Positions 25,646-38,800 of a stretch of DNA of 64,000 nt are shown here, in pieces (positions within the stretch are counted from its first letter, which is position 1; every line of letters begins with the position of its first letter). Made by a program: the position numbers and the translations under genes. The notes below the pieces were generated by a model. The model worked only from the letters and a program-made list of their open reading frames with translations, made no database searches and was not told the DNA's origin. This DNA is from Saccostrea cucullata (lineage: Eukaryota): NCBI RefSeq assembly GCF_032062105.1, contig NW_026936290.1, positions 124,001-188,000 on the forward strand, given 5' to 3'.

Positions 25646-25693
25646 GGTGTTTTTTTTAATAGTAAAATACAGATGGGTCAGATGGCTTAACAC

Positions 25694-26180
25694 CAATGGT
25701 AATTTAATATCAAAGCTCTATAATAAACGTGACGACTAACTTTTCAATCGTCAACTTCCCTTACTTTTGCAGCAATATACCTTTACCACCTGTATACGGA
25801 ATTAACATCTCTAAGTTGATTTGATACCCAAGAGCATGCAAGAATATCAACAGTTTCATTCAAAGTCATCATTTTATAAGTTTTATGATCGATACATTAA
25901 ACTTGTCAACAAATACAATTTACATTTAAGTCAAATGGTGACTCGCTTTTTACATACTGTTAAGCCATTATTTGCACACTGAGTTTTCGATGGATTTTTC
26001 TGGGTTTTTTTTCCAAACAGAACAAGGAGCACACGGCAGGTGTGACCAATCTGCATAAGACGCTAACTCCTCCATGGCACCCGATCCCATCTCTAATGTT
26101 TTGGAGGTCCATGTTTGCTCCATGCACCTTTTGTAATGGTTGATGGACTTATGAGCTCGATTGCTGTTCATTATCTCAAC
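25694..26180 (+). mobile_element. Naiad-type PLE 3' fragment
   Basis: NGNLISKLYNKRDD..FSIVNFPYFCSNIP remnants; 3' motif at about 26023-26120. Confidence 0.85.
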
Positions 26181-26242
26181 ATTTCAGTAAGAAATTTAGC
26201 TGATATACGGATACATAATGTTATAGAAAATGACTAATTTCT

Positions 26243-26547
26243 GTCTCCCGCGTGGCACAGTGGTTAGAGCATCTGCTCTAGAGTTGTGAAGTAAGGAGTT
26301 GATCCTTACGTCACAGGTTCGAATCTCATTGTAGGACATGGAGACTGGTCCTTTGGATAAGACCGTATAAACCAAAGTCCTGTGTCCCAGTGGGTGCTGG
26401 CACGAAAAAGATCTCTCCCTGCTCAATGGCCCCGAGTGTCGAGTATAGGACAAACTTTGCAGCTATCCACCGGCAAGTGGTAGCGTCTCCATATGAGTGA
26501 AAAATTCTTGAGAGGGATGTTAAACAATATACAATCAATCAATCAAT
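26243..26547 (+). mobile_element. tRNA-derived SINE
   Basis: A box TGGCACAGTGG, B box GGTTCGAATC, about 300-bp body, (CAAT)n tail. Confidence 0.85.
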
Positions 26548-27202
26548 GTACATATTTCATTATTTATAAATAACAAACCTTTTTGATCCAACAAAGATTT
26601 AGAGGATACTAGTAACATGGGTTCTTAATTTGTCTTAGTTTTACCTTGGGCAGGAGGAAAATCATTTTTCCTGTAAACTTTGTATAAATATCACACAAGC
26701 AGTAGTTTGAATGTTGATAAATTTATTATGACTTCTTGTCATCAAATATAATTATCTGAAAAAAATCAAATGAAGAACAAAAAAGAATAAAGAATCTATA
26801 GAGCCTGAGTAGAGATACAGGGACTCGACAGATCACAGGGTACAATTAGCAATCTGCTAAAACAGTGAAATGTATAAAAAGAATCTCAAAGAATGAAATA
26901 AAAAGTGATTATAACAAACAAAGATGGAATAAATACAGGTAACAATGAGAAATCCTGTCTCTACACTTTGGTCTAATCGGACACTTCCATGTTACTTAAA
27001 ATAGCCCCCATGACTAGTGCACACTGGGAAAAATAAAATCCACCATCTCCTACTCTGTAATTTTAAAGTTTTAGAGGACCAGGTAATAAAGTACAATTTG
27101 ACTGGAACTGGTCCATTTTACAGGTACACTGTGTACTCTATTTTTATGTCATCTGATAAATAAATTTTATGTTCATATTCAGTGATCAATGCATTGAATT
27201 AC

Positions 27203-27413
27203 TACTGTAAACGTATTACATTTGGCTGTGTATTCTTTTTAGCATTTTTGGCGGAAAGCAATATCGGCTAATTCAAGTACTACGCTAAATGTCTGGCACA
27301 TATACCTATAAAGAAGTAGATTAAGATATAAGCTAAATCAAATACACACTAACTTGTTCAAAATCCAATTTCCACCAAATATCGTACACGCTAAATATAA
27401 TACATTTATAGTA
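27203..27413. mobile_element. Tc1/mariner-type MITE in the putative BAK 3' UTR
   Basis: tactgtaaacgtattacatttggc ... gctaaatataatacatttatagta inverted ends with TA flanks. Confidence 0.6.
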
Positions 27414-28955
27414 TTTAAATTCTTAATTCATTTTGTGACCAGTTAATATAGTTTATGAATTTTTTGACCTTAGAGGTATAAGTTAATAAAGATGCATATA
27501 TTAAGCACTAATTACAAAGCCATATACAATCATTACATGTATATGCATGTATTACCAATTATATCCCAGATTTGTTCAACAATGAAGTACAATGTACTCT
27601 AAATTCATTCAAACATATACATGCATTACACAGTCATGGACATCTCTAAGTGACTCTAACTTAAAAAAAATAGGAATAAGAAAAAAACACAAAACACAAA
27701 CTAAAATTACATTTTGTGGCATAATTCAAACAAATGTGACCAATCAAATTACAAACAATTATTATTTTATAGTATGTATGACACCTTTGCATGAATTGTA
27801 CATAATGAGAAGATCAAGTTTAGAATTGGCACACGTTGTAGTGATCAGAATGTTGACAGAGGTTTGATTCTTAACAAAGATGGACATGAAAAGGTAAGTA
27901 GATTCATTGCCAATAGTTTATGTTCATGAATCATGATATTATTTACAGTAACTGATACACAAAACACTTTTTTTTCTATTTTACAAAAGTATTTTCATAA
28001 CATAATCTGTCTTCATCATGTTTATTATACAGTATTTGATTTTTACAGGGCAAAAAATTACTTTATGCTCATTACTACACTGTAATTGCAGAATGGTACA
28101 AAAAATATTTGTGTTGTAAAACAAGCATCTTCACTAGTACTGAACATAACCACAATTAAAACTCAAGATTACATGATTGATTGAAAGAAAGTGATTGGAA
28201 TATTTACACATGAATCAAATAGAAAACATAGGAATCCAAACTACATGTATATGCACACCAAATTTATATTTTAAAACATTCTTTAAACAGGAATATTAAG
28301 GTTTAAAGTTTGCAACAATTTATATTCATTTTAATTAGGTTCAGAAAAAGATGCCAAACAACTTAGAAAATTTAATTACTGTTAACTGAAATTAGAGTTG
28401 AACCACAAATATGAAATAATTTATTCTAAAACTAAGTTCTAATAAATATATTGCTTCTAGAATCTACTGCACCATAGATGCCCTATATAAAATCTCCTGC
28501 TAGGGTGTAATTCATTGCATAATCTACCTACAATCTGAGCAGATTGGACACACAAGGACACAGTGTTACACACTGATATCCTGGGTGTTGAGATCAGGGC
28601 TTGGAAATGAGCTGCTTTCAGGTGACTTAACCATTTTAAGATGAAAAGTAAGAAAACATAAAGATGGATTCTCCCTGCCACATTTCAATTCTGATTTCAG
28701 AAAGAAGGAATTTAGAGATTACAGAAAATGGTTAAACCATTAAGACCTTGAAAACATTATTTCCATGGTGAATATCCCTACAAATGGTGAAGTTCACTTC
28801 AAATAGAATTCTTTCGGCACACATTTGATGTTCAGCTCATACAAAGGGACACATTCCTGAACTAAATGATCACAGATCAGTTTGTCAGTACACTAAGAAC
28901 CAGCAGTCAGCATGGTTATTGTGCGTGTTTTATGGATTTCCGTTATCCTCGGGCT

Positions 28956-31744
28956 TCAGCTCTTCTTGCTGAAGTAAAATACTGCTGCTATGGCAACCAT
29001 ACAGGATCCTACAACGATAGAGAGAGTGGTAAAACTCGGAGAGGGGGAGTACTGGAGAGCCGCACTCTGTAACGAAAAAAAAACAAAACATTGTAATAAT
29101 CAGTTACCTACACATGTTTGTCTGGTGTTTTGATGCATTCAGAAATTGGTGTACCAGTAAACTGCACACATCACTGTATTTGTTAAATATACCCTATACA
29201 GTAAATGAAACTTTACTGAACATTTTTTTTGGTGAATGCTTTTCACATTAATTTTTTCTACTGTATATATATGTCATTGAAAACACAATAAATTACACAA
29301 ATGTCAATATAAGGAGAAATGATATTGCTCCTATTTAAGCAATAATTGTATATATATACATTTGTGGTATCTCTCCATTATGTAAACATACAGAGAGCAA
29401 ATATCTTCAATTCTGTATGAAGTTTGTCAGAGGTCAGAGGTCAATACGTGACCTAATCACACGGCGCAATAATATCTACCGGTACACACAGGGACTGGGG
29501 GCAAGTCCCTGTGCAGTACATAAATTATAAAATGACCTGCTCTACTTGCTTTTCTCGTATAAAAATGAACAAAATAAGCAAGTAAAATGATAATTATTTT
29601 ATTTACAATGTAAACAAGTATTTCTTACAGTTTTTTGGCTATCGACTCAACCTATGTACATAGAGAAAACTAGCGTTTGTTTACATTTTTTTTTTTTACA
29701 CTTTTGTCAGCTGCACAGTCTTGACGTTCATTCTTATTTTTTTGGTAGACCTTTAGTTAAATTTTCATGATAAACTATTATTTTATCTTTAAATTTTACT
29801 CACGATAAATGTGTAAATCTAATGGAAAATATCATTGCATTCATGCCATGAACAGCTGCCAAACACATTGGCATTTTCGTAGTTCAAAGTAAAGCTGTCG
29901 CCAGTGTCTCCGTGTTTACCAGTGTTTTACGATAAGTATGCCTCTAGTTATTACTGAAATGGTAGAATGTTTTCGATCAAATTGCAAATTAACTGGCTCG
30001 GGAAAGTGTCTCAATCCATCGGATCCATCCATCCATTTCCGGCGACCGAAATTCCTCCAACTTTTATCATCAAACCTCGTACGTGTTTCTTGTGTCTTTT
30101 CAGCATCGATTATCAATTTTCACGAATAAAAATATTCCCAGAAAACACTCTGTTCACTATTACTGATCACAAGTAGCCTTTCACAAAATATTCCCTTCGA
30201 AATAGATTTCTTGGCCGAAGCGTAACCGCCATACAAGCCGATTTACACATTGCGTAATTTTTCAAAATCTACGACGGACGGTTAGTACAATGATTTAAAT
30301 TCGAAAATATTCAATTGTCTGTCTCAAATGTATATATAAGTAATAAATAACAAGTTTATAAACTTCAATGGGAATTGAAGTGGGTCGGTACGTGATAAAA
30401 TCTTCTGAGAAGACCTTCGGCCTTCACAGGATTTGATCACGTGACCGACCCACTTCAATTTCCATTGAAGTTTATAAACTTGTTATTTATTTCTTAAATA
30501 CATGTCAATTATATATTGTATACAAGGATGACATACCCATCCCCCTTGTTGAGCAATCCATCCAGCTATCTTCTCCTTGATGAATCGAACCACATGACTG
30601 ACAATGATCTTCAGGAATTGTGCAAACTTTTTGGCTCGTTCCTTGACTACTGTCATGGTGATTCGGTAAGCGAGGCACATAAGAGCGGCTACACGTCCCC
30701 AATTAATTTCATCAGCAAACAGCCTGCAATGGTACAAATAAATCATCATAACAGTATGTAGATGGATTTTTTGGGTGAAGTATCTCAAAGATGATGGTAA
30801 ATGCTGAAATAACTTTAGTTTACTTCAGCTATACCTTGCAACAATTGCTCAACTTGCTAAACATAACAAAACTTGCATAAACCATAAGCATCCTCTGCAT
30901 GTACACTTAGTTTTTCAAAGTAAAGTTTGCAAAAATTAGAACTCTTTAGTCCCCTTTGGGAATGGTGAAAGAAGCTCGTAAATGTTAGTGATTCATACCA
31001 AGGAACACAGTGTTTTACAATTATTTCGAGACAAAGCTAAATCCATTTATTTTTTAACTCTTCCATTTTGACATTGATATAAGTGGGACATAATCTAATA
31101 GAAATTTATACCCACTTTTTAGCCACTCCAGCGAACACGTCGTAAGCCGTTTCCTCCGTCACATTCAGCTGAGAGATCATGTCTTTGAAATCATCAGCGT
31201 ATCTCCTGTTAATATCGTCACCTATTCTGGCCAACTGTCTACCAACCTGGGAGGCTCGACTACAAAATAGAGGACATTTATAAAATAATGTTGATTTGTA
31301 AACAGTTTTGATAAATTACAGAAATAATTTATGATAAAATTAGAACATAGTAAGATGTTATTATAATTATTTAATAAATTTTCTATTCTTTTTAACATTT
31401 GAAAAATTCACTAAAAAGATAAATCTTTAATGCGACTTTGACAATCAGTGGAAAACTAATTCAGTGACTATTTATCTCCTCTTGACAAACCTGACTGGAT
31501 CTGTTGTAAAATTACACAGCTCCGGGACTGTTGGCGTGGAGGTGTCGGGCGGCTCTTCCTCCAACTGATGCCGATAACTCTCGTAAATAAAATTCCTGAT
31601 CACGTCCTCCGCCTCGTCAATTACGTTTTCCTCTGTGTCTGGAGTCATTTGCTCGGAGTTAGGGGACGGAATCTGTCGGACGTCGGAGGTGGGAGGTACT
31701 CGTCTCCCATCGTGGGTCCCAGACCCTCCGTCCCAGTACGCCAT
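28956..31744 (-). CDS. BAK1: Bcl-2 homologous antagonist/killer (about 231 aa)
   Basis: Exons 31744-31491, 31259-31116, 30723-30537, 29066-28956 (696 nt, GT-AG). BH3 QVGRQLARIGDDINRRY, BH1 LFADEINWGRVAAL, BH2 IAGWIAQQGGW, C-terminal TM LSIVVGSCMVAIAAVFYF-SKKS; 5' UTR acceptor at 31798. Confidence 0.96.
29351..30496 (-). mobile_element. Hairpin-ended non-autonomous element, copy 2, in the last BAK intron
   Basis: Palindrome 30337-30496 centred on gaagaccttcggccttc; adjacent caaatgtatatataag (30325-30340) is complementary to far end tatatatacatttg (29351-29364). Confidence 0.7.
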
Positions 31745-32895
31745 CTCTGGGGGGTCTCTCTCCTTAATCACACCATCCAAACTCAGTTCTCAGTAGGCTG
31801 GAAGCAATTAAAGACTTTTTATTATAAGTTTGTGACCAAAAAAAAAAAGGATGGTGCAGGAAATACGAGAATATGTATAAAACTTGATTTCTCAATTACC
31901 TCAGTTAGAAGAGAATACTAATTATGATGTCATAATGTGTATTGAATATCATAACATGTCCAAGGCATTGAGTATGCATTAAAGGTGAGTTTAATAGAGA
32001 AATCTCTTATGCATTTAAATTGACTCATTTGCATAAAAATGCCCATACTTAGATTACACTCACTTATATTGATATAAGAAGAAACCATAGAGGGAACTAA
32101 ATATATATCATAAATACACGTGCTTATTGAGACAGTATTAACTTCATAAAGAGACAGTGTTAAGTGGATGGCACACACTTAATGCATGTGACATAGTGTG
32201 ACCGATCAGAACTTAAACAATGGGACAATAGTGAATACAACACCAGACTACTTTACTATTGGTCGAAAAACATGATAATGGTAAGTATTTTTTTTTTTGG
32301 AATGCAATAATTTCATTAAATTTGGGAAAGGTACACCTTGTGCAGGAGAGGGTATTTACATTGTGTGTATGTTGTCTATTCTGTTCATTAAATAATTAGA
32401 GTACAAGAGGAGGGTAGGGTGCTGGATATTCATGGCTTCATCTTCGTCTGGTCACTGAAAATTCAGCTGTATAGAGAATAACCTGAATGATTTAAAACCT
32501 TATTGAAAAAATTTTGTAGTTTATATTCAGTGAAGTCTACAGACAGGGCATATTTGGTGGACAATGATTTACTGTTAAATCACTAAATATTTGTGATACT
32601 TTATTTTCGTGAGATTGCCATCAGCTCTTTATTAGCAAGACAAAATTTCCACGAATTGTGGTTTTTGCTCTATATAATGGAATGCTATTATATGCGAAAA
32701 TGAAATTTTCCCAAGCAAACTGTTCTTGCATAATTACAGTATTTTACTCCATGATTGACAGTGTAATTACACAGGTTAAAATTTGTTGCACAAATGGTGA
32801 ATAAAATCTATAGATTAGAACATGAAAGAATAAACTTGGTTAGAGGAGTTCGGGTTTGAAATAAAAAGCCAAACACAAAGAACAGACAAATAGAT

Positions 32896-33003
32896 TTTCA
32901 TAAAAATTCCTCATCACAAGTGTCCCCACCACTGATAAGTGAGCTCTCTGACCATTACCTGATCAGACGGTGATGGGGACACTTGTGATGAATTTTCATG
33001 AAA
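32896..33003. repeat. About 108-bp imperfect hairpin upstream of the BAK coding exons
   Basis: tttcataaaaattcctcatcacaagtgtccccacca...tgatggggacacttgtgatgaattttcatgaaa. Confidence 0.75.
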
Positions 33004-35890
33004 TTCCGCATTAAAGCATAATTTATGAAAGTGAGCTTTTTGATCATGTTGATCAAATTGTAAACTGTGCTAGTTATTAATATATTGTTTTCTTGAGGGT
33101 CCTTCATAGAAGTTGGCTTTCCAAGGAGGTGCAATGACTAGCACTCAAAATGATTCAAGATCAAGGGAGGATATTTAGTAAGGGATTGTCTCTAAGACCT
33201 GGAGGCCAGGGAATTCCCCACCTAATAATGATGTAGTCCCCTGGCTATTTTGGTTTTCCTCCTAAACTCCCAATCAGGGGAGGAACCCAAAATCCCCTTC
33301 TACTTTTAAAATGCCTCATGGACAACCCTGGAAATGGAATGCTACTGTCTATCCATGTTGAGGCTTCTGAATGTTTGTCAAATCAGTGTTTATATGGTTA
33401 TCATCATTTATACTGTACTATGTTTGGAATGATAATATAATTTGACAATTTGATTTACATTAAATACAACCTTGCCAAGAAAAATTCTACACATTTCTGT
33501 TCCCTGTTTGAAAACTTTTGAAAAAAGATGAATGATTACATCAGCAATATAACATCTAAAAATAGATTCAATCCAAAACGTATTACAAAACATTAAAGAT
33601 CGATAATTATTCACGTGAAAATGATAACAATTACATATATGCACATATATTCAGAAGTGAAATCTCTGGATAAAGTAACTTAAACAATTGATGCAGCGTA
33701 GGTCATTCACCCACCCCGTTGACCATACGCGTAATTTCAGAAGCATGGGGCATGTGTTCACTATAAACTAAACAACTCAGCAAATCTTCTTAGACAGCCG
33801 TGTAAATGTGCTCTTCTTATAGTTCTTATTGTGCATATTTATATAGCAGTGCGTGTAAATTGTTTTATGAAATATTTAAATAAACCTACTTGAATTCTTG
33901 AAACCGCGGAAATATCGTGAAGGTCGTTTTCCAAATATCTTCTGCTCTAAAAATATCTCGATTCCAAGCTATCGTTAAATTCTCAAAAGAGCAGAATTTA
34001 CATCATCGTTCCAACTTTAATCAAGCAATGCCTGCTGTGATTAATCTCTTCTAAAAAGTCTTTGTTTATATGTTGTGTCATTCTGCCAAAATATTCCAGT
34101 GGAACTCTTCTGTTTGATAACTCGTACGAATTTTATTCGTGTTATCGAAATGCCACCATGCATTTAAATGGACAATTTAAAATTATATTAAGATTCGATG
34201 AATTATGATTTCTGAAAAAAGTGATACCCTAACTTCATTGTTATGGGATTATGTAGCATCTCGGCTCATTATTAAGCTGTCAGACTACAGATGAGTAAAA
34301 AGATGTATGTAAATTCACATAGAATTACACAACATGTGTGTAATTGAAGATATAAAATATATATGGGAATGAAGAATCAAATATATTTTAAAATATATCT
34401 ATCAAAGTCAACCTTTCAAGAACACTTGATCCTACATTGCTAAAAAATCTTTTCTGTAACTGATTATGAGAATCAGATTATACGATCATAATGCCCAACA
34501 TTGGTGCCACGCACATTAATGGAAGAAGAAATCAAGAAAATTTTTGCAATGTCTATGCCAAGAGATGCAATGCATTATGTTTAGATTCTGTATCACTAGT
34601 TTTGTAGTTTTGAATCTACATTTCCTTTTTCCAATAAAATCAAAAGCAAAAACAAAAAAAAAACCAAAAAAAAAAAAAAAAAACAACCAAAGTTTCATAT
34701 TAGTAATTTATTAAATCAACAATGACTTTTATTTACAACTTAATATAATGCATTTAAATTTTGTTTTGGGAGGGTAACCATAATGAGAAAAATTGATAAA
34801 ACATTGATTTTGTCTCTTAAATTCTGTCTCTTAAAGAAATTATTGTTCCTCACTGAATTCATAAAGATGATCACAGATACCTGATACAAATATATATTAA
34901 TGATAATACATGCAGATCTGATCATTACTTCTGATTTTAATGAGATTTTCAGCATGGTAAAAAAAATGCCCCATCATATTGAGAGAATGTCGAAATAAAC
35001 AAATACATGTAATAATGAAAATGACTGTAAAAATGTACGATTAATTGAGATCTTACAACGGTCTGAGCAATAAAAGAAGAACAACCTGCATTTTCACATA
35101 CATGTATATATTGTTTATAATAATACTCCAATACAGAAAAACCTGAAAATGGAATGTGCATTTCAACAATTCTTGAAGACAACAGTCCGTAATTTCAAGC
35201 ATTCTCCACTAAATTACAAAAAAAAGGTTTACGAAAGATTAAGATTTGACTATTACAGTAGCTGGATGCTCTCTTTGATTAACAATGTATAAGATACTAT
35301 CTACTTAATACTTAAAGAGAATTCGAAAAAGAAATGTTCTTTTCAAAACAGGGATGAAGAGTCAGCTAAAATGACAACAATGCTCGTGGAATAAAATGTC
35401 TTTACTTTGAGTGTACACAAAGATCATGGCACTTTTACCCTGAAATCAAACTAACTTAAATCATGAGGCACTTATTATGAAAGAAACTGCACACTGCATC
35501 AATTTGAACAAAGGCTCATTCATTGATCAAAAGCACTTTTGGATGCATAACATGAAAGGCAAACTAAAGTCATTATCAAAAACAATGCAATAAACATCAT
35601 CTCAAAGACATAAAAATGTCTCATTCTCAAACAAATTAAATAAATGGTTTCATAATAAGCTGCAAACCACTAACACAATAAAACTGATCAGACATAGCTG
35701 TCATAAAAACAGACTAAAACTTCAAGGCCTATAACAATCAAATTCTTAGATCCTCCTAAATATCACCTAGTGAAAATCTTCACAGTATTCTAAGATCCAC
35801 CTTCCCATTGTGATGAAGTGAGTGTTCCTTCCAAGGAAATCTGGCAGCTGCAGTACAGTGTGTACACTTATTGGAGCAGTGGTCAGTAGC

Positions 35891-38800
35891 TCAGTCAATC
35901 TCCAGATCTGTGTCACTGTCCAAACAAGTGTCCTGAAATAGAGTCAAAACAAAAATAATGAACGCAAAAAAAAAAACCAAAGTAGGGCTTAATTAGAATT
36001 CACTCATTCTTAAAAAAACAATTAAAACAAATTTAATGTGTTTTGTACTGTATTTGATTTAAACAGGAATAAAAAATAAATCAGGCCTAGAGACCATGCA
36101 TAGACTGAGAACAGACTTAAGTCAAAATTTGATATTGAATACTCCGGTAGCTTGTAATTTATAACACAAATGTTATGTAAAATAATCCAGTTTGTGTAAT
36201 ATTCCAATTAAAACATGATTTTAGGTAAAAATTTTGTTTTGGTGTTAAAATTAATTCAAAACTTAATTTGATTGAAATTTTGACATAAGCCTTATCTCCA
36301 TGTATGCCATGGTCTTGGGGCCTGATCTCACAAGGGCTTATCATAATCTATATGCACATATGCCAACTTTCTAACATGATATGTTGGGACATGGCCCCTC
36401 ATTCATGTCAAATGTCTGGTCATATCCTGTGAAGATATTTTATAAGCTTCAATAGGGGGGTTGAAGGATCATTGTTGAGGGGTGATGATGTGATTTTGGG
36501 AGTGTGGCCTATGTATATGGGTCCAGTTTTGGCATTATGCTTTTCATTTTTCTTGATTTTAACCACCCCTACATTATACTAAACATAAATATGGTCACAA
36601 ATATGAAGCCTGTATATAGGTTTTCTGATAAGCATCTGTGAGTAATGCTAGGAAAATGCCCCTTCCCCTGATTAGCCTTACCCATCCACCCTGATCCACG
36701 ATCCAGGAGGCGAACTTATCCGCCACAAACTCCGCCGCTAAGTCCTTCACCTGCAGCGCCACCGCCCCTCCGGCCCCCGCCAGGGTAATGGCTTTCTTTG
36801 TGAGGTAGAACACAGCTGCTATCTGATCCCAGCTGTTTCCGGGCCCCACCGTGTTATTTACCGTCTCCTGGAAAGTCTGGTAGGTGGCGTGCTTAGCGAT
36901 CTCCAGCGCGGCGTCCTTCACAGAGTCAGGGGACACATTCAGCTACAGAATAATGTCATCAACTGGTATGTATAAATACAGGTATGACTACTGACATATG
37001 GTGCGTATATAGAAAAGAGTCTTATATGTATATTTTGTGTGTATAGTTATTCACATTAAGAACCAGTTTATAAGAAATAAACCAAATGACAGGCATTAGC
37101 ACACTGAAGTATTCATTATTTGGATAATTGTAAAAACTCACAGCAAAACTATCCCCAAATTCCCGAAGCCTGTCTCTTAACTGTCTCTCCAGCTCCGTCA
37201 ATCCTTCACCTGTAAATAGCATGTACTTAAAGATGACACATTTTATACTTTATATGAATTATTACATTTATATATAACTTTCATTCTAATAATTATAAGT
37301 AATATTGCATAGCCAAAAAATCATGGCAATACAAGCTCCTTCCAATTATATTTTGGATTAAAAAAAAAGTTACTTCAATAGACAAAACGGTTTACAGTCA
37401 ACTCGTACACAAACCGACTCATACACAAACCGAGTCGTACACAAAAAGTCAACTCGTACACAAATCAGAAGTCAACTCGTGCACAACATTTTATTTACAA
37501 CTGTTATGAATTACTTTTATATGAATGGAGTATAATCAAGAAAAATACAATAAGGACAAAGAGATGTGTTAATTTATTATTTTTTTATAAATATTTTAGA
37601 GGTTTAATTAAACAATAAAATGCTTTCTTTGTTTGTTATTACTGGAATTAACGGAAGAAGCTGTTGCAGAAAAAATACATAGCCCGAGTAAGTGGGTTAT
37701 GTAAATTTTTTCTGCAACAGCTGCGACCGTTAATTCCAGTAATAACAAAAAAAGAAAGACATTTCATTGTTTATATTTATATCTGTTTAAATAATCATTT
37801 AAAGTAGGATTAAAAAGATTAATTATTGTATTAATGATGCGAACGTCTTTATACGTTTCATTGATGGAACAGCCACTGATCAAGAAATCTGTACAGGCGA
37901 CATGCCGACTGTAGTTCATGCAGTGATTAATGCAATGGGTTTTCTTAAAATATAAAGGAGAAAATATTCAGCGGATGTAAATATCATTTAATTAACCTGG
38001 CTTCTCTTGTTAAGAATTCAAACAATTATTGTTAAACCAACACAAGCGCGGCGGTTTTGTGTACTGTACGAGTTGACTTCTCAATTTTTCTACACTAAGG
38101 AAAAGAATTCCTTAAATCACACAGGAAAACCTATGTAGGAATGACAAAAGTCTTGTGTACGAGTTGACTTCTGCTTTGTGAACGAGTTGACTTCTGCTTT
38201 GTGTACGAGTTGACTTTTTGTATACGACCTGGTTTGTGTACGACTCGGTTTGTGTATGAGTTGACTGGACACCGACAAAACACATACAGTGTAAATTATT
38301 TCTTAATCAGCTGAATAACAAAATGTACCCACCATCTCTCTCATCGACCCCCGTTAAGTTTGGCGTCCTGGCACTGACGCGTCTGCCGAGAGTGTGTTCT
38401 ACAGAACTACTGCCGCTTTCCGATAGTGGACTGGTGGCCATATACTGGTCTCCTATATGAGCTAACTTTTCAGCCACGGCGGAGTACAAGCGGTCCTTCT
38501 CTGGGTCTGATGGCTGGGACACTGCATGTCTGGGACACATTCCTAAAATAGAAACTGAACTTAAGAGATACATGGAGAATAGAGAGGGTTGCCTTATGTA
38601 ATTCAGTTAAACTCGGTTATAATGAAGTCACTGGGACCTGTGAAATTGCTTCGCTATATCCTTATTCGTAATATCCGTATAAGAATTCATTAAATTTATG
38701 TAGCTGGGGATTCAAGATAACTTCGCTATATCTCTGAATTCACAATATCTGTGTGCGTACTAAACAAGTTTTACTGTATCTGTTAGTTGCCGATACTAAA

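Noticed and set aside
31745-31780. ORF-track start MDGVIKE for BAK
   Set aside because: It is a TTG start in the 5' UTR part of the exon; the first in-frame ATG is at 31744 (an upstream coding exon cannot be fully excluded)
33740-33760. p53 response element upstream of BAK (aagcatggggcatgtgt)
   Set aside because: Both half-sites deviate from RRRCWWGYYY and overlap; too weak to call
37397-38268. CRISPR-like array of gtcaactcgtacacaaa repeats
   Set aside because: Eukaryotic DNA, no unique spacers; the repeats are inverted subterminal arrays of a MITE with a TSD
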